From Dimorphilus gyrociliatus (lineage: Eukaryota > Animalia > Annelida), in assembly GCA_904063045.1 (NCBI GenBank), contig CAJFCJ010000018.1, positions 558,001 through 622,000 of the forward strand: a stretch of 64,000 nt of DNA, read 5' to 3'. A model generated the notes under the pieces. It was not told the DNA's origin. It was given only the letters and a program-made list of their open reading frames with translations, and did not search any database. The position numbers and the translations under genes were made by a program. Below, piece by piece: positions 34,082-47,115 of this stretch. How positions within the stretch are numbered: the stretch's first letter is position 1; each line of letters opens with the position of its first letter.

Positions 34082-34221
34082 ACAACAGCTTTAGAATAAT
34101 TAGATGCTGTTCTAGCTAAGAAAAATCACTGTCTCTCATTTCGGTCATCCATCATTCTATTTAAATGGATTTTTGGTAATTAATTATTAATGTGCGTGTT
34201 AAAATTAAAAGTTGGTAAACC

Positions 34222-35602
34222 ATGAGTTCATACTTGGTCAACAATTACACTTTCGATTATGGTAATAGAAACGAATTTGGAGATTTGCAGATCCCAAGAA
34301 ACTATCCTAATGGACAGTTTACTAATGACACATTATTCCCAACAAATTTTTTTTCGGAACAACAGATTCCTGCTCCTACTGAAAAGATACAGACATTTGA
34401 AAATTTCAGACAATATTCAACAGAAAAAATTTTGAATCCAGGGGTTCCGAAAATGAATGTCGAGACATATGATGATAAGAATAACCTTCCAATCCCTGTT
34501 TATCCATGGATGAAAAGAATTCATTCTCTACCTGGTTCGTTTAGCATTGTAACAAATCTTGTGAAGAAAATCAATTAACTAGCCTTATCTTCAAGTACTA
34601 GTACGCTCTTAATTTGTAGATTAGATAGCATAGACATACTTCCTTTAAGGCACGACTATTTATATTTTGTTCAATATATATTTACGCTTCTAAAAATTAA
34701 ATATCGGTTGTATAAAATATATAATATTATGGACGTTAAAATATTTAAAAAATGCCTTTAAAAGAAAAATTTTGCACAAATGACAATTCGCAATGAAGTA
34801 ACAATAAAAAGCTGTAATCTCATATAGGTAAATGAAGAGTTTGATTGAAAATTCTTATCGAACACTTTATCGTTAATGCAAGTTCCTCAGTATGATGGCC
34901 AAAAATAGATTGTAAAAAATTGGCTGTTTCTATGTAAATATTTAAGTAAAATCCAAACTGAGCAATGTGAATTTGCCTCTTTTTTCAAAAATATTATGTA
35001 ATAGTTTATATTATTAGCCAAAAATGCTATTTAATTTATTATTTACTGTTTTCATAGAAGTCCGTATAATATTTCCTAGATCCTAAGAACGATTTGAAAA
35101 GGAATAGAACGTCTTACACTCGACACCAAACTCTTGAGCTAGAAAAAGAGTTTCATTTTAACCGTTATTTAACTAGACGTCGACGTATCGAAATCGCTCA
35201 CACTCTTAATTTAACAGAGAGGCAGATAAAAATATGGTTTCAGGTAAAAAACTGTTACTTATAGCATAATTTGCTACATTGTAGTGTTAGACTAAATTTT
35301 AATTATTTAGTCAAGGAATGTTTTCGATTTCAAACCCTTAAAATTTAACAGAGCCTCCTATAAATTATACTCTGTTTTGCATATATAATCTTACAAGTAT
35401 AATTTAAACAATCGCATTTGTTGTGAAAAACATGCAATAATTGTAAAAGAAAATATGTAAAACTTGATGGGAAGTGTTTATAATCTACAACAAAATTTGC
35501 TTGCAGAATAGGAGAATGAAATGGAAACGCGAGCAGAAAGTGGGTCAAGAAGAAAAGCTCACTACTAATATAGCCCAACCACTACAGACAACGGCGTTTT
35601 AA
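34222..35602 (+). CDS. Scr: Hox5/Sex combs reduced protein, 3 exons, about 190 aa
   Basis: Exons 34222-34534 (MSSY..., [10 protein letters not shown]), 35080-35243 ([49 protein letters not shown]) and 35507-35602 ([11 protein letters not shown]...). The RTSY arm and position between Lox5 and Dfd indicate Scr. Confidence 0.9.
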
Positions 35603-37198
35603 ATATGTGTACATTTTTTGTAATAAAGATGATTATCATTAATGTATTGTATGCTATTGATAATTTTTGACTAAAATATAACGTTTAAGCTGAAAAAAAA
35701 ATTGATTCTTAAATGTGCCATTCCAATTATTTTTAAGGCTTTTGAGCTGCAATGCGGAATAAATCGATCGACAATTCGACAATAAACAAATTATGAATAC
35801 TACGAATGCAGCAATTTTGTTAAAACGCCGAAAAAGAAAGATGTGCTGTCTCAGGCGACCTCGTGGCCATGATGGCATTGGTTAGCTGCGTCTGATTCTT
35901 TATAGGACATTCATTAAGATAAATTTCTTAAAAGTCTTCCCCACGCTTGGGTTCCGATTCATTTCGAGAAAATTACTAATAGAAACGAGATACAAAGATA
36001 GCCTAAAATTACATAATCAACATGACTCCAATCTGATGCAAAATTTTATTAAAATTGTTATTCAATTCGTTAATATGTTGTATATCTCAAAAGAAACTTG
36101 ATGATTTATAAGTTTTTAAAAAAACATGTTATGTGTTGGCTTCTAGGAATTATGGATTCTATCTATAAAAAAGACACTATCTAATTCCATAGACAGACGA
36201 AAATAACTTTGGCTTAAAATCTATTTTTACGGATGATATATATCTATCGTAAGCGAATTATAAAACCTCTTTGTGAACAAACAGATGAATTATTATAAAT
36301 TTTCCTAACCAGTTTCGTTTATTTGATTATCTACTCTTCTACGGTACACTATTTGAATACAGAACTTGTTATTAAGCTTTCACGGGCTCAGCGTCAAAGG
36401 AATTTCTGACCTCTTTGTCAGATCACCAAGGGCTTTCTTTGCCGATACACAAAGCATGAATAAGCCGAGAATAAATCTACATATTATTTAATAAACACAT
36501 ATTTTTATTCAATGCAAAGGCAAACATACAAGATAAAGAGATAGAATGACTTTCCTTATCTCAGGTTATATTCAACTTAATATTAATTGAAAGAAAGCAC
36601 TGTCGTTTATTAGGGCAGACTCATAAATTTTTGTAAACAAATGTCAATTAAGAAGATTGTGCACACGATTGTGTTATTTTATACTTTCATATTCTTTCAG
36701 ACAACATCGTTGTTAATGCATGCCCTATATTATGTAGGGATTTAAACCGTATTATAAAAAAACTGGGGCGTAGTAACAGCCACTCGCTAAAGGATCAGTG
36801 TAAATAAGGAGATAATAAGAGTTGGGTCACAGGAAGATGAAAATGGGCGGTCATTCGAATGATCCGAAGATAAATGAAGCTTGACGAATGATACACATGC
36901 ATTATCCCTCATCTTCCCTCATTTTAACACGTCTTTCTTCATTATCTTCTCATTCAGCTCGCTTTCACTCATTTAGGACAAGTAAAATGAGGTCAACGTT
37001 GCTGTTAAAAGAATATTGCTATTCCAAATATACTCTGATTTTTCCCTCCAGATGTGTTTGTTTTGTACATATCTTGCTTTTTTTTAATCTTACTTTGTTA
37101 TTTTACATGAATATCTAATTTGTCAGAGCGAGCTGCACTCTGCTTGTACTCTTCCCTTACAACAGACCGCTAATATTTGAATGTATATTAGATTTCTC

Positions 37199-38685
37199 TG
37201 ACCTACTTTCTCGAATTTTATGTAGAGGGGCATGTGTGCAAACGTCAGTGTCAAGGAACGCATATATGCGTTGGTTGTTTAGCAAACTGTTGTTGATAAA
37301 AAAAATTAGGTATTAAACTGATATGTTTAAAAAAAAGAAAAATAGGTCACATCTTATTTGTGATCTCTAGGTTCTAAAATATTTTAGAGTATAAAATAGT
37401 CTTGAAGCAGTTAGGATATACACACTATGGTGGAATGGTTAAGTAGGTCATTGAAAAATAATGAATTCTAACAAAGCGTAGCTGTCGACGCTTTTTTATC
37501 GATTACAAACCAACCGAGATATCGCCTAAGTCACTTGTCAGTATAACAAATTTGAGAAGGGAAAACAAAATATTGAGAAGATATGTAAAAATAGGTCAAC
37601 AAAAAAAGAAATCAATAGCACGTTTGCGGAGGGATCATTGTAGATAGAAACCACTATTCTGATAGATTGTTTACCATAATATGAATAATATTCATGGAAA
37701 ATTCCAATTTTTCCCTCAGTAAATACCCCTAAAACAACCTGTCAATTACCAGGTCATGATCAACTAGGTCGATATATGTAAACATTTACAAAATTTATCA
37801 AACACTAAAATATAACACTGAATTTACCTTTTGTTTAAAATGGCATATCCATAATTCACGACATTTAAGACACGCTCATCACATAGACGTCGATGTGAAA
37901 ATAAACTTGGAAAAGGCTACGTTAGGTCAAACTGCCCATTGACACAGTTTAACCGTAGCCGTTACAAAATTTGCATATTTTCAAATTTATAGAGTGCGCT
38001 TGGGAATTTACGATCAGATATACTAGTAGAAGAAATAAATAAGTTAAATAAAGGTAATAAAATTGGCTCTAAATGTTTTATTAAAACTAAGGATAAAAAA
38101 GTTTAAGAGGATTAATTGTTAATATTTATTTTGATTAAAGAACATTGAATCGAAAACAAGATAACTGAAAGTTTAAAGTGTTTTCCAGATCTTCCTGAAG
38201 ACAATTTAGAAAATGTTAGTTTTCTTATAAATCGAAACACATCTTAATACTCTTTAACTGGTACAAGAATCTATATATTTTTTTGACGTATTTTAATATC
38301 CAGTAATGAATAACCGTGTGCACCAATTTATCATTCACAAAGCGTACTTTAGAAATTGCGTTAGGCAACCTATGGAAAGATTTCTTCGATTGTAAAGCCT
38401 TTGCAGAGCTGACCTAGTTTGCAGCAAGCCTCAATCATCAATTTCTCACCGGAAATCAACTTCCGACGCAAAAATCCCTAAGGGTAGACGTCGGATTCAA
38501 TCCGAAATTCTCGCACTGTTGTTTGGCAGAGACGCCTGGAAAATTGGACACTGAGGCAAATAATAAGGTTTGATTAAGGCCTATTGGTTTAAACGAGATT
38601 CTTCTATAAATTTATTTTGAAGCACGAAAAAGTTATATACTTAGAAAATGAAAATATCATGACATCGGTTAGAAGGGATGACCTA
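37199..38685. promoter_or_regulatory. Dense cluster of ROR/Rev-erb-type half-sites (putative enhancer) 3' of Scr
   Basis: Seven TAGGTCA sites (37199-, 37343+, 37444+, 37592+, 37923+, 38410-, 38679-) plus AGGTCATGATCA (37751) and AACTAGGTCG (37762) within 1.5 kb. Confidence 0.5.
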
Positions 38686-38893
38686 TAAAAATTCAAAATC
38701 CCTCTTCGAAATTGTATCCTAAAATGTTTTGCAAACGTTTAAAAGTTTATTCTTCAAAGTTTGGTGCCAGACCAAGCCTGAATATAACAGCTGCAGTTTT
38801 ATCTATGAAATCGATTTGGATCGATCGTAAAGTTAAAATAGGCCATCTCTAGCGTGAAAACATTGTCCACCGTTCTTTCATAATAGGCAGGTG

Positions 38894-38917
38894 ATTGGCG
38901 GAAAGGAGTCACGTGAT
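38894..38917 (+). promoter_or_regulatory. Orphan CCAAT/E-box module (putative unannotated promoter)
   Basis: ATTGG-N11-CACGTG with the same spacing and orientation as the Scr and Dfd promoter modules. Confidence 0.45.
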
Positions 38918-41900
38918 GCACGCTAAAAGTAAAAAATTACCACTTTTAGTTGACATTATTACCATGTAAATCATGAAATAATTGCTTTTTTCATTGCCGA
39001 CTTCTCTATTCAATAGCGTCAGTGTTATTTTGCGTTTGCTAGCGAGCGGATCTGCTTAAATTAGTCTATCGAACTTTAGAAAAAACCTACTCTTTGTTTA
39101 CAGCGTCAATTTCCGGTAAGTTTCTCCATGTGATGGACTCTCAATTAATTCTTTAATTTATGTAGAAACTCTGACCTGAATACTTTACTTAAGCTAATCT
39201 TGATCAAGTATTCTTACTCGTTAGTTAAAACCAGGTTTTATCAATGTAAATTTAGGAAACAATAATGTATTGCTTTTTCACAAGGATTTTTCTCTGGGTG
39301 CTTAAACGCTTACACTTGTTGAAATAAAATATGCAGCTGTAGCTTCATTTAAGTTAGTTCAATCATTTACAAAACTATTTACTCTTAAAAATTTAACATA
39401 CCTTCTGACTTACTGATTTGAAATGCACACATATAATATTTTCAAGTTAAAACAACAAACGCAGCTATTCCTTTCTAAAATGCATATTCTGAATGGGGTC
39501 TTGTGTAGAATGAAACAAAATCATGGAGGTCTATAGACTTGCGAAAATGTTTTATTGTACTGGCTATAAAACGTATCTTAAAGCCCTCGCCGTCGTTTGA
39601 AATAAAGGAAGATAACATATAATAGGTCCTGGTAAATTTACAAGATACAATTAAATTGTAATAGGGCACTAAAGTTTTGTAGTTGTCGAATCTCTACGTT
39701 CAATCATATTGTATCTTTAGAGTTGAAAACAGAAATATCTTTAATATTTGTTTATCATTGGTTTGTTTATATAACATTTGAGAATGTTCCACACCACCTT
39801 GTCGCTATTCGTTTTAGTCTATTTAACTTCACAATTTATAAAAATAAATACATTAATTAATGCACAATCTGAGAAACAGGAACGTGAATTGGGTTCCAGT
39901 ATGGATCGTTGATTATTTTAACTTTTAATAACATTATAACACTAAATTTTTGTCAGCAAAATAATCAGCGGAAAAAACACAGCTACAAACACACGCTAGA
40001 CGATCATTAATCATTCCTATCTTTTGTAGGAAGCGTATTGATTACGACTGAAATACTTTCAAGATATCTGTTAAAATGTTAATTGTAGGCCTATTTGATA
40101 CATCTTACAATATATAAAATATTACATTTTAATAAGAACAGTCTTATATTCCAGAAAGTATGTATGAAGGTTTGTGTTGGCATTATAAACTGCTGTTAGC
40201 TGATTGTTGTAGTAAATTAAAATGCAATTGTTTTCAGCAACAGCACTAAGTCGAATTCGCTTGAATTTTTATTACACAGTGGTAGCATTCATAGTTTCTG
40301 AAAAAATACCTATTTATGCTATTACGTACTGGTATATCCTCCATATATGTATAACCCGCAGTAATGGCTTTTGAAAGGTTTACCCGCACTATGTTCAGCC
40401 TTCTTACCCAGACAATTATGCAAATTTCTTTTTTTTAACTGTATAACGCATGAAAAATTTATAAAGCTTCTGTACTGCCCTAGGTTTTGCGCCATGTGTG
40501 TTCCTAACAGGTGTTTCCGCTGTACTGAATACCCTAAAAATATTTTTCTATATTCCGATACATAAATTCTTTTAAGTAGGTTTTATAAATAAATTTGTAT
40601 ATTCAAAAATATTTATAAATAACAATTTCCATTAGAGAAATTATCTAACACAAAGATCATCAGTGAAAATTGCTTGAGAAATAAATTGCCGAAACGAATT
40701 TTGAATAAAAAAGAGATTTAAAAAAAGAAGCGATGTCCAGTTAACATCCAGCAGTCGCAGCTGCCACGCAATTTTCATCTCCTCCAATCATTTATCACTC
40801 GTTGTTTTTTCCATTTATATTCAATCGTCCTTTATTCTGGTTTAAGAAAACGTTTAATTCACTTTTGAGTATAAAATTTCACTTGGTATTTAGTTTATCT
40901 GCAAGGAAAATCTAATGAAATAGTTATTATTAGGAACATTATATTTATTTTCACAGAAGAGCGAAATTTCAAGTTTGCTATATATATATAAATAAGATAT
41001 GAAAGGGTGTGATCAGCGAAATAGCTCAATATGCTATAATTAACATTCAAATGTAATTATTTATTATATTTCAAACACAAAAATAGCTCAGAACATTCAG
41101 ATTTTACAATATAATTCTTTCTTTTTGTAAAGGATCAAGTTTCAGGATTGATCTCTCTTATAGGCCTTCAAATTCGTAATACGAAATTTATTTATGTGCT
41201 CTACACGTCAATATATTTCATTAATCTATCAATAAAACACATTAACTAAAAATTTAACTTTAAAAATGCTGCGGACATTTCTGAGGACGCGTGAGGACAA
41301 CAAATCTGACCTAGTTTCTATAACGCCGAAATAAGAAAAATGGCGTTCTTTGTGCAACGGAAAATATAAACATTTGTATTTTCTTCTCTAAGAAGGCAAT
41401 CAAAGCTTCTAAATTGTATCTAGATTGTTACTGAAAAAAATTATTTATATGAAGAGGTTAAAAATTATGGATAAATAGCTATATTTCGTTTAAAATCAAA
41501 ACTTCTGCAGTCCTTATTCAAAAACAGAACATGGCGTTCTTACCTGATGAGGAAAGTAGGACAAGGAAGAAATAAGGTAAGTATAGAAAAGAAATAGTTT
41601 CTACTTTACATTTAGAAATGTAGCCAACTTGTCCTTAGTATCAGGTCAAGTCGTAAAATTTGCAATTTCAATAGACTTTATTGCTTTATTACCGATTGCC
41701 CGTTGAGCAGTGGAACACCAACAGAACGTTCTTTTGTAAAAGCTAAACATTCAATGGCTGTCTTCAAACAAGTAATTCGTCGAGAATATCTTATAAGCCT
41801 GCATTTATTGCTGGCCTTTTTTATAGAAAGTGATAAGTCTGAACATTTACGACGTTTCTTTTTTGAATTTAGTTATAAATTTAGACAAGATATTGTAAAA

Positions 41901-42300
41901 GAGAGTTGGAACCACTTCGCTTTCAAAATACCCCATGTTAGTATCTAGATATTTCATTAAGTTTTCTATTCAGGCTAGTAACTTATAAAAAAAAGATCTT
42001 ACATAAAAAAGCTATTTATCGTTCTTAGGAACAAAATTTCGATACTTTGTCATGTTGTGTATTTCAGTCAAGTCAACGGATATATTATAATCGTTTGAGA
42101 CTTAAAATAGGTTTAATGAGTTCGAAATTACCGAGTTATGAGTAATTTTAGTTAAAGTATTTCCGTCTGTAGTATTTAAGCTTTAAAACACTATTTCTTT
42201 TTCAATATTTTAGATAAATTCGTTAGTGCCTCCACAAAAAGTAAAAAATGGTATTAAAATGTTAAAAGCGATGTAAAGAATCACCACCCTTAAAACTCGG

Positions 42301-42372
42301 CGTAAGACAAACCCTGTAGATCCGAAGATGTTTAATATTAGACAAATTCGAGTCTACAGAGTGTATATTACG
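42301..42372 (+). ncRNA. mir-10: mir-10 pre-miRNA at the canonical Scr-Dfd position
   Basis: The 5' arm AACCCUGUAGAUCCGAAGAUGU (42310-42331) and 3' arm CAAAUUCGAGUCUACAGAGUGU resemble miR-10-5p and -3p and pair along their length. Basal stem CGTAA/TTACG. The position between Hox5 and Hox4 is the conserved bilaterian mir-10 site. Confidence 0.92.
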
Positions 42373-44347
42373 CTGTAAATACAGCATTTTCCGAGCCGAA
42401 AAAAAAGATATTGGTGGCGCCATCTCCGAGGCTCTATGAGAACTAATGCATAAACAAAATCACATGATCAGCGGCCATTCTGACCTATTTTGGGGTAATA
42501 ATTTATATCAGACATATATTCTAGTTTTTATACACAATTTTCGGTGAAAATAAGTCTGTAGCTTAGCGCCATCTTTTTGTTAACCTTATGAAAATTATTA
42601 GAACTTTTTTGATATAACTATGCAGTAAAATCCGTTGTAAAATTATCTAAATGTTTCATTCTTCAAATTGTACATTACACTGGCAAGAAAGACAAATGTC
42701 CTATTTTGTTCTTAAAATTTATTAAAAAATCATGACAAAAATCTTTAAAACTGTCTTTAAGATGTTTCTTTAAGAAAATGCTAAAAAACAAGAATCTAGG
42801 TCGCCAGATATCCAATCTGTCGTGCAAGATTTGATATCTAGAACAAACGTCATGTAAACGAAAAAACACTCTTAGAAAAAGGTTTTTACAAAGGTATATA
42901 TATTATATACATATATATATATATATATTGCAAATGTAACAAAATGTATCAAAACGATGTTTATGTAAACATAAATTTCGTACCAATTAGTATGTTATCT
43001 TAAGGTTTGTTTATAAATGCACGATACTTTCCATTTTACTTGTAATTTCAAATGAATGTCAATTTCATTCGTCTTTAGCATTATTCGAAAAAAAATTTAA
43101 ATTCCTTCTTAAAGCTTTATTTATGCAAACGTTTGAAATTACAAATTTTTAGATTATATCACGAATATAAAACAATAGAAAGAGTAAAAACAATAGCAGG
43201 AGACTGACTGACGAATAAAATACGGCTAGGCAGTCGAATGTTTGTCAGCGCAGCGTGACAGATTCGACCTAATTCGTGAAAATTATCGCCGGCTTGCAGT
43301 TTGTCAAAGTAAGACGCACTACACTAAAGAATATTAATGAGGCGTTTTTAATATTTTAGGCGGGTAATAAATATTGAATTGATGCACTCGCGTACAATTA
43401 GAAAATGCAGAAAAGAGCAAAATAGGTCGATTGGCCTTGGATAAAAAGGGCGCCAGAGTTATAAATATTTTAGGGACGAACTAGGAAGAAAATCCTACTT
43501 AGCAAGTCGGCGGCTTAAAAGGAACCGAGTGCTGATGAGGCGTAGCCTCTGGTGGATTGCATTTAATTTAGGTCTCTTCTCAAGAGATTTCATCAGCTTT
43601 CGTCCGCTCTTATCTTTCTCTCCATTCTCTATCTCGGCTAGCCCTAAACTCTACAGGGAAATTGCAGACTACTTAGCCCAAGTGCGTTGGCTGTTTGCCG
43701 TGTCAACAGGAGACATACGCGCGAGCAGGCGACGAATATTCATCATAAAATCATTAGGGAACGTTGCGAGTGATGAATGAGGGACGAAGGGAATGTTGAA
43801 AATTTTCGCAACAAAATAAACGTTTTTTGACCTAGTTTTCTTTAGATTCTTCTACCTATCATTTTTCGTGATAAATACAGTTTTTAAGTTTGCTCAAAGT
43901 GCAGCGCAGACAGGCTGGAGTGTTTTTGCTCTATTGACTTTTGATCTCGTCAGTTTTGCACTTGACTACTGTTTGCTAGCGCTTTTTGCTGGCGCCTGTT
44001 TCCTCTATTCCCTCGCTTTTCACTATCTAGGTCGTTTTTCATCTTTCCATTTCCTTCTAGCTTGACCTTTTTTCTCCAAAATTCATAGCATGTGACCTCA
44101 ATAAGCCGCCCTTTATTTATTATTTCCAAGGTTTCTTTGAGTTAGGGACAAGTATGCAATTCAAAAGATATTGATAATTTTAATCGAAACAGATTAATTT
44201 TGTTTTAAAGTTAACGCTCAAAAATAAAACAGAAAAAAACTGTTCGAAAATTTTGAATAATACCACCTAAGGGGAATGGGACGGAAAATATATTGAAAAG
44301 TTTTATGTGTATTGATATTTCGTTTTGAATAAATTTTCAACCGATCT

Positions 44348-44369
44348 ATTGGCTGCTCACAGTCACGTG
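44348..44369 (+). promoter_or_regulatory. Orphan CCAAT/E-box module
   Basis: ATTGG (44348-44352), then 11 nt, then CACGTG (44364-44369). Confidence 0.4.
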
Positions 44370-47084
44370 CCTCATCACATGACATTAAGAAAGAATATGA
44401 TTAAGCGTCCAATTGTTTACGCTTTATGCAAAAGCGAAATGAATGATAATCGAAAAACTCTCATATCCTAGAAAAAATGATGAATGATTTTAAAAAGTAC
44501 CAGTAACTTTATAGGCACTAGCGTTTTAATGTATTCGTTGGTAGTTTCATTACACAAATTTATGCAATCTTGTGACAGTTTGTAATTTGATGATCGGATC
44601 ATCTTATTGAGCTGAGGAGAAGAACTAATTTTTCATAACGCACAGTTTACCAATCAATCTATAAATGATTTATTTAAAGAAATAGACAATTATTTAGAAT
44701 TTCCTTCAACAAAACCATAAAACCCTGTGAAACTATCCGTCTTCAAAAGTCTATTCGGAAAAAAGAAAAATTTAGCCGCGAGGAGACGGCAATCGACAGC
44801 TCATTACTACAAAGTGATTGAAAGTAAAGCTGCATAGAGCGCTGGGACTGCAATGCGCTATCTGATTACCGCAAAAACATTGCGGTTCTCTTCTGGATTG
44901 CGTGCTTCTATTCGTTCGCATAATTTGCCCCCAACAGAGTGACAATGACAGTTAGAGACGATCGGTATAGAATAATAAGAATATAAATCATGCGCGTCGC
45001 CGAAATACCGTCGCTTGGTGATACTATTAAATACAGGGTTAAATAATACCATGTAGGTCAGGTTACGCTATTTAAAAAAATGTTATTTGTAGGTTTGTTA
45101 ATTTTTCTTTTTTCGGTGAGAACGATAAGATCGGGTAAACTATTTATTTATAGTAGAAAGAAATTAGGTCGCGTCAATATCGTGTATTGTAGAAGCGGAT
45201 CTATTTGACTGCAGAACCGAATGATTAATAGCAGTAGCGCTTTAGCTATGTATATTTTCTGATCCTGCACTGTTATTTGCACTGATTTTAAAATTTAGGC
45301 CAACGCGCAAGACTCTGCGCATTGAAAAAAATCGTTTTTCAGTAAGGAATCTATTTTTAAAATAAAACTGAAACGAATATTTAGCGATTACCCAATAAAT
45401 ATTTGTTAATTATTAGAAACAAATAGTCAAGTTTTAACTCCATTAAAATATAATGTAATATTCAAAGATAGATACTTATTCTATAATTGAAGTTATTATT
45501 GAACCATTCGTGTATAATATCAGATATACAACTCGTTCGTATTTATTCAACATTCCCTGCCAATAAAATTATCTCCCTCATACATTTATTTTTCTTGTCA
45601 AACTTTTATGATTATTTTATATTCTGTTACTGTTGTGCATTATGAGCAAGCACATAACAATTATTGTTATGTCTTTTTCATGAGGTTAATAGTTAAAAGG
45701 AAATATAAAAGTATCATTATGGCACTTCCTATTAAAATACACTAATAAAAGGCCATAAACTCGCTAACCTATAGCTAAACGAACAAGCATTACAAGATAC
45801 CCGTATTTGTCTGATAAAAAAGGTTAAAAATATCTTTTTATTAATGGTCTCTGCCTAAGTTTGTTTTAGACTTATATTCATGTGTTTTATTATTTTAGAC
45901 ACTCTGTTTCCAAGGTAGCAATTTTATATAATGAAATAATGGTGATTGCGTGTTTATGCTATATGTTGTAACTTGGCAACAAATTGCATATGTGCCCTCA
46001 GGCTCCTTACTGCACTTAACCTAAGGAGATCCGTCCGATTCCCTCAAACACTTTATGCAAGCCATTCATATATTACACGTAACAGACTTAATTTTCTAAA
46101 AGCAGCATATGTATCTCTGGTGCAAAAGTATTTTTTCCATTATGAAAGTTCATTTACCGAAATCTATATATATATATTTTTTTTGATGTTTGATATTGAT
46201 CCACTTTGATGTTGCATGCAATACATTCCGTCGCTATCTGTTCATTTAAAATGGCGCCGTCTTAAATTGGACTATTAATGTTCATTTGTTCAAAAGAATC
46301 AGTGACTCGCTAAAAAAGAAGTTGATAAAATAGCTTTCCTTATACGAGACGAAGAAATAAAATTATAAAGATAAAAAAAATGGGAAAAGGAGAGAAATTA
46401 TTTCATTTTACAAAGTTTTCTTTTAAAAAAAAAAGCTTTACTATTATAACGACTGTGGACTATTTCGTTTCTAATGTAACATTCTCATTTCGAAAATTAG
46501 ATTATAACACAAATAATTCAGTACAGACTTATTATATATATATTATATTTAACTGTAAAAAATTTTTGCAATCAACTATTGTAAACAGCTTTTGAATAAA
46601 TCGATGGGCTTTTCATAAAAAAAATACTTTCATGATATTTTCATTCTTTAATACAATATACAACACAATATGTTGCCAATGTCGTCAGAAAATGTCCTGA
46701 AGATGTCGCTACTGATGTTGGATTTGCTTGACTTATGATCAAATACAATAGAAACCTCAAGTTTTGGAAAAGGAATCTTAAAAGAAATGGAAAGTTAAAC
46801 TTGAAGAAACACCCTATAAAAAATCTCACACCTCTTGCTATGAAATGTTCACCAATCAATGAGTAACTGAAAAATAGGCCTAGAAATAAAAAACTCGTTT
46901 AGCGCCAGAGGCGATCCTGTGCATTTGAAAAATCGACGGAGCGTGCAAATTGCGGTGCAGAACGGCATAAGAAAATCGAAAGAATTTTCCTTCTCATTCG
47001 ATTCCCTGCACCGTTGAATACAATCAATGACGTAATTTTAAAGATAGGCCTGAAAATGCAAATATAGACGTTTTCGTAAAAATT

Positions 47085-47115
47085 TTCTGGTCACGTGATA
47101 GGGCGGAGTAGCGTC
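47085..47115 (+). promoter_or_regulatory. E-box plus GC-box, possible upstream Dfd promoter
   Basis: GGTCACGTGAT is followed directly by GGGCGGAG in a locally CpG-rich stretch about 1.7 kb upstream of the Dfd ATG. Confidence 0.3.

Noticed and set aside
43950-44042. 30-aa minus-strand sORF (MKNDLDSEKRGNRG...)
   Set aside because: No homology recognised; it is a by-product of local purine skew.
44722-44728. ACCCTGT heptamer
   Set aside because: No complementary arm nearby.
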